Shown piece after piece: positions 56,419 through 64,000 of a stretch of DNA of 64,000 bases. Under the pieces are notes generated by a model. That model searched no databases and had not been told where the DNA came from. It was given only the letters and a program-made list of their open reading frames with translations. Numbering within the stretch: position 1 is the first letter of the stretch; every line of letters begins with the position of its first letter. The DNA is from Paludibacteraceae bacterium (GTDB lineage: Bacteria > Bacillota_I > Bacilli_A > RFN20 > CAG-826): positions 15,362 through 79,361 of the forward strand of contig CAVFEQ010000002.1 of NCBI GenBank assembly GCA_963621535.1, read 5' to 3'. Both the position numbers and the translations under genes were made by a program.

Positions 56419-57297
56419 ATGCGTTCATTCCGTTCCGAAGAATTTTCAAAGGAAGATCCCACCCTTCATGTCTTTTTCTTTAAGAACAAAGGGGAGGACC
56501 CCATCCATACCCACGATTTCATTGAAATCATGTATGTTAACTCCGGGGAGATTGAGCAGTTCGTCAACGAAAAGCATTTCATCACGAAGAAGGGCGATCT
56601 CGTCTTCATGAATTACAACAGCGTCCACCGATTCAAGTCCGCGGCTGAGGCGACTTATTACAACGTCTGCTTCTACCCCGAGACCATGGAGAGGATGATC
56701 AACCCAAGCAACGCCTTCTCCTTGCTTCTTCTTTCCGCGTTCAACGAGTTCTCCAAAGGCGAGAACGACGGGGTCGTCAGCTTCTCTCCCGCGGAGCAAA
56801 GGAAAGTCCAATACATCTTCGAACGCATGGTTGAGGAGCAGACGAAGCGCCTGCCTCATTTCGATTTGGTGAATGAATCCTACATGGCCATTCTCATCAC
56901 CCTCATCGCCAGAAAAGCCAGCTTGCCGGAGGAGAGTGAGAACGATACCTGGGGAGAGCTCGTCGAATACATCAACGACAATCTCGACAGCGGCCTCACC
57001 CTTGAGGCGCTGGCGAAGAAATGCTTCTATAACCCCTCTTATTTCTCACGCCTATTCAAGAACAAATTCAACGTCTCTTTGGTGGAATACATTTCCAACA
57101 AGCGCGTTGAGAAAGCCCTCCAGCTTTTGACGGAGACCGATATGTCGATCAAGGAGATCTCCACCGTCTGCGGCTTCTCCAATCGCAGCGTCTTCTATCG
57201 CGCTTTCTCCAAAATCACCGGCAAAACCCCGACCGAATATCGTAAGAAAAACGGGGTTGTCCTAACTTTTAATAAGGATAAAGCGCAAAACGATTAG
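56419..57297 (+). CDS. AraC-family regulator (cupin sensor plus HTH_18)
   Basis: 292 aa with an N-terminal cupin-like part (HTHDFIEIMYV) and a C-terminal AraC HTH (NPSYFSRLFKNKFNVSLVEYI...FSNRSVFYRAFSKITGKTPTEYR). RBS is AAGGAGG. Confidence 0.9.
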   Translation: MRSFRSEEFSKEDPTLHVFFFKNKGEDPIHTHDFIEIMYVNSGEIEQFVNEKHFITKKGDLVFMNYNSVHRFKSAAEATYYNVCFYPETMERMINPSNAFSLLLLSAFNEFSKGENDGVVSFSPAEQRKVQYIFERMVEEQTKRLPHFDLVNESYMAILITLIARKASLPEESENDTWGELVEYINDNLDSGLTLEALAKKCFYNPSYFSRLFKNKFNVSLVEYISNKRVEKALQLLTETDMSIKEISTVCGFSNRSVFYRAFSKITGKTPTEYRKKNGVVLTFNKDKAQND

Positions 57298-57311
57298 CTT
57301 TCGCCTTCCTT

Positions 57312-59918
57312 TTAGAAGTCCCAGCCGATTTTCTCTGCGGTGAGATTGTTCACCTTGAGTTTCATCTGGTAACGCGCTTCCTCTAGTTCTGAGGCAGGAT
57401 GCAAGAAGATCAGGGCCCCGGGGTCGTTTTCGTTATATTCCCCCGAGGCGTCGACGAGCTTATAAGTCACTCTGCCTTTACTAGACGAGGAGAAGGTTGA
57501 ATCGAGGTAGGAGGCCTCCTTTTCAAAATAGCCTAGTTCCTGATAGTGACTTTCGTCCCCGATTGCCCTGAATAAGGCGACCTCCCTAGCGGCTTCCCAG
57601 CTTATGACCACCCCGTCATTCTGGTATTCATAAGTGAGTTTTGCGGGGATTTTCTTTGCTTTGATCGGCGCGAAAGAGGAGAAAGAATAGGCGTGGCCTT
57701 TCTCTGTTTCAAAGGAGATGAAGTGCGAAGAACAAGAGGGGCTTAAAAGCTTTTCTCCGTCGTGGACTTGCGTCTTTTCGTAGAAGCCAGGATAGAACAT
57801 CTTCAATGGCTTTCCCGAGAGCGAGACGATTACAAGATCTTTCAGTTCGCCTTTTTCATAAGCGAGGCTCACTTCGAAGTTGCCCCTGGCCTTTAGGCCC
57901 TTGAAGGAAAGGCTGCTCCAGGCCTTAGGAAGAGCAGGCAAAAGGGAAAGATAGCCTTCGTGGCTTTGCAGGAGCATCTCGATGATCCCGGCAAGCGCGC
58001 CGAAGTTCCCGTCGATTTGGAAAGGGGGATGCACGTCCCAAAGGTTGGGATGGGTCTTTTCTTTGAGCATGGTTTGAAGCAATTTGTAGGCATGCTCCCC
58101 TTCTCCTGCTCTCGCCCAGGCGCAGAGGCGGTGAGCAAGAGCCCAACCGGTGGATTGGTCCCCGCGCAACTCCAGGGTACGCTTAGCACCATCAAGCCAA
58201 GCTGGAGTGTTATGGGAGATGATGTTCCCTGGCATCAATCCGACGAGCTGAGAGATGTGGCGATGACGATATTCGCCTATCTCGCCGTAGAAATGCTCTT
58301 CGCCGAATTCCTTGATTTGCCCAGAATAGCCAATTTCCACGGGGGAATAATGGCCCTTTTGCAGGGTTTCTTGCTTCGTGATCGCGTCTTCTTTGCCCAA
58401 GATGGATGCGATCTTCAAATCGTTGATCGCGTTTTGCTCGAGGAACTGCTCATCGAAGGCGCAGCCGATCGTGTGGTAGTATTGCTGCTTTTTAGCCTGC
58501 ATCTCCCAGTGGCCAGAAAGGATTTGCTCTGGGGAGACGCTATAGCAGCAAAGGTAGTAGTCATCGTATTTTTTCACGCATTCGGTCAAGAAAGCGGCCA
58601 AGCCGTGGACGGCGTGATAGACCGGCCCTTTCAGGAGTTTCTCGTCTTGGCTGAATTCGTAGGCGTCCATGAACAGCTGGGCGGTCATCCCGCCTGTCCC
58701 CGGGCCGGAATGGGTGTTACAAGAAAGGCCTTCGACTTCGTAGGCAAAAGCCCCCGTTCCGATGATCCATGCCCCTTCTGCGGGCTTTTTGCCTAAAACG
58801 TCTTGAATCCATTTCGCCGCGTTTGCCTGCGCTTTGGGTAGATAGGCCTCAAAGAAATCGATATAGGCATCGAAGGTCTCGCCCAAATTGGCGCTCCAAG
58901 AGGGCCAATAGTTCATCTGGATGTTGATGTTATGCCAGAAGCCGCTTCCCCAAGGGGATTTGTCATGGGCCGTCCAGACCCCTTGTAGCGAAGCGGGCAA
59001 GCCGCCTTTTCTAGAAGAGGAGATCAGAAGGTGTCTAGCGAAGAAGAAATAAAGCTCTTCCAAATAGGGAACGCTTTTCCCTGAGCGATACTCTTCCAAA
59101 AGCTCGGGAACAGGGCGATTGTCTTCTTCTTGGCTCAGGGAGAAATCAACCCTGTCCATCAAAGACGAATAATCTTCGCGATGCCTTTGGTAGAGCTCTT
59201 CGTAGGAAAGCCCCTTGGCTTTTTTAAGCAAGGAGAGCACTTCTTCGCTAGGATCTTCGCCTAGGGCCTTCTCTTCGAAGAAAGTCTCTTTGCAGAGCTT
59301 ATAGGAAGTGCCCGCGGCGAATAGGATCGTGGCCTCTTTTTGGTTTTCAATGATCAGGTATTCTCCTTCTTGCTTGAGGGCTGCTTCATCAAGAACGCCT
59401 ACTCTAGCGGAGAAAGAAAGGGAACGGAAAGGCAATCTTCCTTTCGCAAGAAGGCCATTGGAATCAAAGGATATCTCCCCGGTTCTTCCCCCTTCTTCGA
59501 CGCTTCTATCCCCTAAATAAGGGATTACGAGTTTGGCTTTGAAGGTTATCTCCCTAGAAGAGGAGATATGATAAACGAGGACTTTATCGGGATAGGAATA
59601 AAAGCATTCCCTTTTGATTTGGTTCCCATCAAGGGTGAAAGAAGAATAGGCCACCCCGTCTTGGAGCCTTAAGCCGCGTTGGTAACCTTGGATATCCCCT
59701 TTTGGGAATTCGAGAAAGATCTCCATGAAATTGCTGACGCCTCCGCGAGCGTAATCGTTCGCGAATTCGTTCGTGGTGATCTGGATCCTTTCTTTTCTTG
59801 CTCCGCCGAAGAGCGAGGCCCCAAAGCGTCCATTGCCGATTGGGAGAGAGTATTTCTCCCAGCCTTCTAGGCTGTTCGGGGCTTCTTCTTTGTAGGTGAG
59901 TCTAAGGTCTTTTTTCAT
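57312..59918 (-). CDS. GH95 alpha-L-fucosidase-family glycoside hydrolase
   Basis: 868 aa with the N-terminal GH95 signature WEKYSLPIGNGRFGASLFGG...ERIQITTNEF. The size is typical of the family. Confidence 0.85.
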   Translation of the reverse strand: MKKDLRLTYKEEAPNSLEGWEKYSLPIGNGRFGASLFGGARKERIQITTNEFANDYARGGVSNFMEIFLEFPKGDIQGYQRGLRLQDGVAYSSFTLDGNQIKRECFYSYPDKVLVYHISSSREITFKAKLVIPYLGDRSVEEGGRTGEISFDSNGLLAKGRLPFRSLSFSARVGVLDEAALKQEGEYLIIENQKEATILFAAGTSYKLCKETFFEEKALGEDPSEEVLSLLKKAKGLSYEELYQRHREDYSSLMDRVDFSLSQEEDNRPVPELLEEYRSGKSVPYLEELYFFFARHLLISSSRKGGLPASLQGVWTAHDKSPWGSGFWHNINIQMNYWPSWSANLGETFDAYIDFFEAYLPKAQANAAKWIQDVLGKKPAEGAWIIGTGAFAYEVEGLSCNTHSGPGTGGMTAQLFMDAYEFSQDEKLLKGPVYHAVHGLAAFLTECVKKYDDYYLCCYSVSPEQILSGHWEMQAKKQQYYHTIGCAFDEQFLEQNAINDLKIASILGKEDAITKQETLQKGHYSPVEIGYSGQIKEFGEEHFYGEIGEYRHRHISQLVGLMPGNIISHNTPAWLDGAKRTLELRGDQSTGWALAHRLCAWARAGEGEHAYKLLQTMLKEKTHPNLWDVHPPFQIDGNFGALAGIIEMLLQSHEGYLSLLPALPKAWSSLSFKGLKARGNFEVSLAYEKGELKDLVIVSLSGKPLKMFYPGFYEKTQVHDGEKLLSPSCSSHFISFETEKGHAYSFSSFAPIKAKKIPAKLTYEYQNDGVVISWEAAREVALFRAIGDESHYQELGYFEKEASYLDSTFSSSSKGRVTYKLVDASGEYNENDPGALIFLHPASELEEARYQMKLKVNNLTAEKIGWDF

Positions 59919-60048
59919 AGGTATTTTGCAAAATAATGGGGAGGTGTGCGCCTAAATGAGGTTCGCTTGGCTTTGTCTCATTATAGCATTGGCCTTAAGG
60001 GGAGAAGAGAGACAAGGAGGATGAGGTAAAAAAGGAAGACAACGTGCC

Positions 60049-60675
60049 TTAAATCCCGAGGCTAAGGAAAGCGTAGGCGCATTCCCAAAGGAGGTCTCCC
60101 CCGGAGGCGCTAGGCGAATTCGCGTTCGTGGATTCTGAAGAGACGAATAGGTAGGTGGTCTCTTCGAAAGCAAACCAAGAGGAGAAGCTTTTCCCTTCGT
60201 TATAGGAGGAATCCTCCCCGTCGTAGACCTTGATGCCCTTCTTCGCGCCTAACTCCCCTTCGTAAAAGGAGAGGGAGAGGCTTTTGATGGCGTCAAAGGA
60301 TGCGCCCTCCCCTTCTTTCGCGTAAGTGAAGTACTCTTTATGGTTAGAAAGAACGCTTTCAGGGAGCAGGAACAAATCGGCGATCCCCTTTAGATTGCTA
60401 GAGGCGATGAGATTGAATTGGGAATCGCTAGAGGAATAGCAGGAGCAATGGATCGCCAAGATGGGGCCATCCTCTATCTTTTCGTAAAGCTTTTGCTGAA
60501 AAGAGAGGTCTTTGGCAGAGCCTCCGACGAAGATCTCCAGGGTTTCCTCTTCCTTGATCTTGTCTTTCACATTGAAGCCATAACCAAGGATGAAACTGCT
60601 TAGCAAGGCGAGTCCGATGATTTTCCACCAGTCATACTGCAGGAAAGAAAGGAAAAGCTTATTCTTTGGCTTCAT
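60049..60675 (-). CDS. Membrane-anchored hypothetical protein (one N-terminal TM helix)
   Basis: 208-aa ORF with a single TM helix (WWKIIGLALLSSFILGYGF). Its start overlaps the upstream gene by 17 nt. Confidence 0.55.
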   Translation of the reverse strand: MKPKNKLFLSFLQYDWWKIIGLALLSSFILGYGFNVKDKIKEEETLEIFVGGSAKDLSFQQKLYEKIEDGPILAIHCSCYSSSDSQFNLIASSNLKGIADLFLLPESVLSNHKEYFTYAKEGEGASFDAIKSLSLSFYEGELGAKKGIKVYDGEDSSYNEGKSFSSWFAFEETTYLFVSSESTNANSPSASGGDLLWECAYAFLSLGI

Positions 60676-61144
60676 CTTGCTTCTCCTGATAACCCAGCAA
60701 ATAATCCTTGCGATAAGCGAGCTCGTATTTTTGCCTTTCTTTGAACGAGCAGTCGCTTTCCATCAAGACCAAGAAGGTCGTTTCCTTGTTTTCCTCGTCA
60801 AGGAAGACGAGTTTCCGCAGCCCTAATTTATGCGCATAACTTAGCCCCTCTTCTTTGACGAAGACATAAAGTTTAATCTCGTCCGCTTTATTGTTTTTCT
60901 TCAGGAAGGCAGCGATCGCCTTAAGATGCCCTAGCTTATAAAACAAGAGGTAATAATCGCCTAGAATCCAAACAAGAAGAATCCCAAGGGACAAGACAAA
61001 ATAAAGATAAGTGTCGCTTCGAGGATGAAGGAAGAACAAAAGCAAGATGGACGTGAGGCAAAATAGGCCAAGAAGGATGCCTAAAGTCAGGCAAAGTCTT
61101 CTCTTCTTGGAGAAATCAGGCAAAGAAGAATAGACCTCCTTCAT
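60659..61144 (-). CDS. Two-TM hypothetical membrane protein with a soluble C-terminal domain
   Basis: 161 aa from ATG 61144 (MKEVYSSLPDF...), with an ATGA overlap on the upstream gene. The ORF-track extension to 61396 overlaps the upstream CDS and is not credible. Confidence 0.55.
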   Translation of the reverse strand: MKEVYSSLPDFSKKRRLCLTLGILLGLFCLTSILLLFFLHPRSDTYLYFVLSLGILLVWILGDYYLLFYKLGHLKAIAAFLKKNNKADEIKLYVFVKEEGLSYAHKLGLRKLVFLDEENKETTFLVLMESDCSFKERQKYELAYRKDYLLGYQEKQDEAKE

Positions 61145-61983
61145 CGTTCTTCCTCCTTTTTGAATTCCCCTCTTAGCCCCTTTTGGTAGATGGCAGGATA
61201 ATATTCGCGATTGGTGAATTCGTCGAAGATCGTTAAGGCAAATAGATTCCAACCGACGAAATAAAAAGGCAGCAGCAAGAGAAGAGATAAGGCAACCACC
61301 AGGACCATCACCATGACTTGATCGATGAGCCCAAAGCAAAGCACCCCATAAGGGATGAGCAAGAAAGCGAAGGTCACCAAGGGCTTCTTGAAACAATAGG
61401 AGAAGGAATTAACGAAGAGCTTGGTCAAGCTATTGGAATAATAAAGGACCTGCGACATCGCCATGAATAACGCCGGCAGAAGCAAAAGGCAGATCCCCCC
61501 GCTTAGATAAGAAAGCCAGATTGATGAAACGGAAAGGGAGATGAATTTTGAAAGGAAATAGAAGAGGCTCCATAGCAGCCAAAGCAAGAGATAAGAAGGG
61601 AAGTTCTTTTTAATGCCCAGAAGGAAATCATGGAAGAAGTAGACCCCCTTCCCCCACGCCCATTGACGGAACACCCTCCCTAGCCCTGCTGCCGCGAGGA
61701 AAAGGAAAAGAAAGCAAAGGCAGTAAAGCAAAGTGAAAATGAGGCAGGTCGTCTTATAGAAAGAGACGTATTCCGCTTCGGAAAGGGACTTATAGGCCGG
61801 CAAAAGGAAGAGGTAATACTTCACCAGGATGGCGGCTAATAGAGGCAATCCGCAGAGCAGGAAAATGCCTCCGAAAGAGAAGAACATCCCAAAGCGCGTC
61901 TTGCAGAAATCAAGAAACTGCGCCTTGCGGCTATTAGGCAAGTCTTCGATGCTGAAATCTTTTTTGCCGAGGCGGAGCTTCAT
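61141..61983 (-). CDS. Polytopic membrane protein, possibly YesL/DUF624-like
   Basis: 280 aa with about 7-8 hydrophobic segments. It overlaps the ATPase stop by 4 nt. The family assignment is only a resemblance. Confidence 0.5.
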   Translation of the reverse strand: MKLRLGKKDFSIEDLPNSRKAQFLDFCKTRFGMFFSFGGIFLLCGLPLLAAILVKYYLFLLPAYKSLSEAEYVSFYKTTCLIFTLLYCLCFLFLFLAAAGLGRVFRQWAWGKGVYFFHDFLLGIKKNFPSYLLLWLLWSLFYFLSKFISLSVSSIWLSYLSGGICLLLLPALFMAMSQVLYYSNSLTKLFVNSFSYCFKKPLVTFAFLLIPYGVLCFGLIDQVMVMVLVVALSLLLLLPFYFVGWNLFALTIFDEFTNREYYPAIYQKGLRGEFKKEEER

Positions 61984-62702
61984 TTTCTTTCCTCTTCCTC
62001 GAACACGTAATTAGGATCGACGATCCCTAGTTCTTCCGCTGGTCTAATCCAGGCTAGCCGCCCATCTTCTAGACAATAGACTTTCGAAGAGATATAGATG
62101 GCTTCTTTGAGGTTATGGGTGATATAGATCGCGCTCGCCTTACTTTCTAGCAGCATCCTTTTTATGGTTACAAGGACGTCTTTCTTCTGCAAGGGATCGA
62201 CGTTAGAAAGAGGCTCATCAAGCAAGACGAGGTCGGGCTTCTTGATGAGGGCCCTGCCTAGGCATACTTTTTGGGCCTGTCCCGTGGAAAGCTGCCTTGG
62301 CCTTCTAGAGAGCAAGAATTCGATGCCGAGATCTTTGGCCATCTTCATGACCGAGGAGTCGATGGTCGAGTAAGACTCCCGATCGAGCTTCAAAGGGAAG
62401 GCAAGATTGTCATAGACCGTCAAGTGGGGATATAAGGCGAACTCCTGCATGAGATAAGCGACCCTGCGTTCCTTCAAGGTCATTTCGCTGATGTCTTGCC
62501 CGTCGCTTAGAATGGTGCCGTCGTAGGCAAGCTGGCTGGAGAGCGCGCGGAAAAGCGTGGTCTTCCCTGAACCTGATTCCCCCATGAGGGCGCTGATCTT
62601 CCCATCTTCAAACGTGCAAGTGACGTCTTTTAAAGCGGGGTACTCCTGCTTCTTCTTGCCTAGATAAGTGACGCTTAGGTGCTGGACTTCGATTTTCGGC
62701 AT
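61980..62702 (-). CDS. Short MalK/MsmX-like ABC ATPase lacking the C-terminal regulatory domain
   Basis: 240 aa with Walker A GESGSGKTT, a Q-loop, an atypical signature LSTGQAQKV, and the MalK-type Walker B with D-loop LLDEPLSNVD. No TOBE-like extension is present. Confidence 0.8.
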   Translation of the reverse strand: MPKIEVQHLSVTYLGKKKQEYPALKDVTCTFEDGKISALMGESGSGKTTLFRALSSQLAYDGTILSDGQDISEMTLKERRVAYLMQEFALYPHLTVYDNLAFPLKLDRESYSTIDSSVMKMAKDLGIEFLLSRRPRQLSTGQAQKVCLGRALIKKPDLVLLDEPLSNVDPLQKKDVLVTIKRMLLESKASAIYITHNLKEAIYISSKVYCLEDGRLAWIRPAEELGIVDPNYVFEEEERK

Positions 62703-62786
62703 GGGATTATGGTAGCAAAGGGAAAAAGGATTGGAACCTGAAACTCTTTAACGTCAGGAAAATCACAAAAATCGGGATAAGATGGC

Positions 62787-63209
62787 TTAAGCGACGACTC
62801 CTTTGACGATGATGAGGTTCCCATAGATCCTCGTTTCGCCGGTTTGGATGACCGCATAGCAATTCTTGGCCTTCTCGTAGAAAGAAAATCGCTCGATCTC
62901 AGAAACAGGATGGTGCAAAGCCTCTTCGTATTCCTTGATGATCTCTGGCCTCCCCATCCCCTTCTTCTTATCGCTTTCGGTCACTTCCATCGCGATGAGG
63001 GGATCGTCTGAATAGGTGTCTAGAGGGATGACGCTCATCACGGCCTTTGCGACGCTCACCGCGTCGATGCCTGGCATCCTGATTAATCTCTTCGCGCAGG
63101 TCTCCCCAGGGAAGTTCGCATCGGCGATGACCAGAGCATCCCCATGTCCCATGTCGCAAAGGATTTTAAGAAGATCCCCTGTTAATAATTTATCGATTCC
63201 GCTTAGCAT
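62787..63209 (-). CDS. fucU: L-fucose mutarotase (RbsD/FucU family)
   Basis: 140 aa, collinear with E. coli FucU (LLKILCDMGHGDALVIADANFP ... FYEKAKNCYAVIQTGETRIYGNLIIVKGV). It lies near the GH95 fucosidase gene. Confidence 0.8.
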   Translation of the reverse strand: MLSGIDKLLTGDLLKILCDMGHGDALVIADANFPGETCAKRLIRMPGIDAVSVAKAVMSVIPLDTYSDDPLIAMEVTESDKKKGMGRPEIIKEYEEALHHPVSEIERFSFYEKAKNCYAVIQTGETRIYGNLIIVKGVVA

Positions 63210-63309
63210 AGCGCCCTCCTTTTAGCCAAATGGCTTATTGCTTGAAAGAAATTATAACGAGCCTTGGAAAAGGAGAGCAAAAAACCGATTTGCCTGTTGA
63301 TTTTGAGAA

Positions 63310-63323
63310 TGTAAGCGTTTCCA
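63310..63323. promoter_or_regulatory. Near-consensus cre-like site in the fucU / surface-protein divergent region
   Basis: TGTAAGCGTTTCCA differs from TGWAANCGNTNWCA at one position. Confidence 0.35.
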
Positions 63324-63492
63324 TTTGGAAAATATGTGTCCTACTTTTTTACAGGGAACGTCCGATTTCTTGTTTTAAAGGACATTCGGTTCCTAGAATT
63401 CGGATATCGAGCGAATAGTTCCGTCTTTGCTGTCCCGACTTGTCTAAAGCGAGGAACTGCAAATAACGGAGCGTTTATCAAAGGAGAAAAAC

Positions 63493-64000
63493 ATGATAAA
63501 GAAGAAGAAACTCGCGTTGCTGTCGGTAGCCGGCATTTTAAGCGCCGTTGCGATTGGGGTGACGGTGACTGGTTCCGTCAATCCTAATTTTATCCCCACT
63601 TTCGGCGAAGACGCGACCGTTTGGAAACACTACGCCGCGGTTGAAGCGACCGAAACAACCCATGGGTCCAAGGAATTCTGGGCGAGCTGCACCCCTGATG
63701 CCAGCGGCAATTATGGGACCCATGTTTTCGTAGCCCCGACAACGGGCACGATCGTAGAAGGCGGTGATATCAAAACGACGGCTTATTGGGGCGATATCGT
63801 CGAAGGCGACGACCGTTATGTCGGCCCGGTTGATTCAACCATCACTTTCGATGCCCGTGGTGGTGTGGCCGTAACTGAAGGGAAATATTCCTATGGCACC
63901 GAGGCCTCCGCTCTTCCGACCACTACTCGCGAAGCGGATGATTATTACGATTCTTATGAGTTCTGCGGTTGGTATAAAGACGGCGTTGCTTATGATAAAG
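63493..64000 (+). CDS. Secreted or anchored surface protein with a Listeria-Bacteroides repeat (5' partial, runs off the window)
   Basis: ATG 63493 follows AAAGGAGAAAA. It has an N-terminal signal/TM segment (MIKKKKLALLSVAGILSAVAIGV) and later ITFDARGG...YSYGT...FCGWYKDG. There is no stop before the window end. Confidence 0.75.
   Translation, partial: MIKKKKLALLSVAGILSAVAIGVTVTGSVNPNFIPTFGEDATVWKHYAAVEATETTHGSKEFWASCTPDASGNYGTHVFVAPTTGTIVEGGDIKTTAYWGDIVEGDDRYVGPVDSTITFDARGGVAVTEGKYSYGTEASALPTTTREADDYYDSYEFCGWYKDGVAYDK

Noticed and set aside
57960-58796. A 278-aa ORF antisense to the GH95 gene. Similar ORFs lie at 52098-52706, 45066-45614, 39525-39926 and 31023-31502.
   Set aside because: They are antisense shadows of confidently assigned genes and have no motifs or ribosome-binding sites.
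1-64000. tRNA, rRNA, tmRNA or CRISPR loci anywhere in the window.
   Set aside because: I found no T-loop (GGTTCGAATCC-like) or acceptor-stem patterns, no rRNA-like conserved blocks and no regularly spaced repeats of 24 nt or longer in the intergenic regions I read.

Overview
The window is a Bacillota (Firmicutes)-type chromosome segment that uses the standard genetic code; TGA is a stop in nusG and rpoC. Secreted proteins often carry lipoboxes. I found no rRNA, tRNA or CRISPR array by eye.

The left 23 kb holds the conserved translation and transcription cluster:
- cysS, rlmB and a SigH-like sigma factor, inverted as a block.
- rpmG-secE-nusG.
- A roughly 7.3 kb accessory insert: MgtC, a hypothetical protein, a phosphoesterase, an orphan AAA ATPase, an ArsR repressor with a P1B metal ATPase, and a decayed ATPase gene.
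- rplK-rplA-rplJ-rplL, a small methyltransferase, rpoB and rpoC.

About 41 kb of accessory DNA follows rpoC directly:
1. A visibly AT-rich, translationally coupled four-gene operon (23.4-28.7 kb): an XRE HTH protein, a methylase-like protein with motif I but no NPPY, an Eco57I-like N6-adenine methylase, and a T5orf172/GIY-YIG-like domain fused to an SF2 helicase. I consider this the best candidate for an undescribed restriction-like or defence system.
2. A 9.2 kb glycoside cassette flanked by two 260-bp direct repeats that differ at one base. It encodes PAP2, GH78 rhamnosidase, a GPH transporter, a frameshifted GH3 gene and an AraC regulator.
3. A 17.4 kb nine-gene operon of five lipoproteins, one secreted Ig-like protein, a GH127-like enzyme and an ABC sugar importer with no ATPase gene.
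4. A second AraC regulator, GH95 fucosidase, a four-gene coupled module (short ABC ATPase plus three membrane proteins), FucU and a partial surface protein.

A roughly 25-nt motif, AAAAAG(C/G)CCGCAAAAACGAAAAATA, and shorter A5-NN-C(C/T)GC-A4 variants recur at the junctions between core and accessory blocks.

All functional calls rest on motif recognition by eye. No database search was run.
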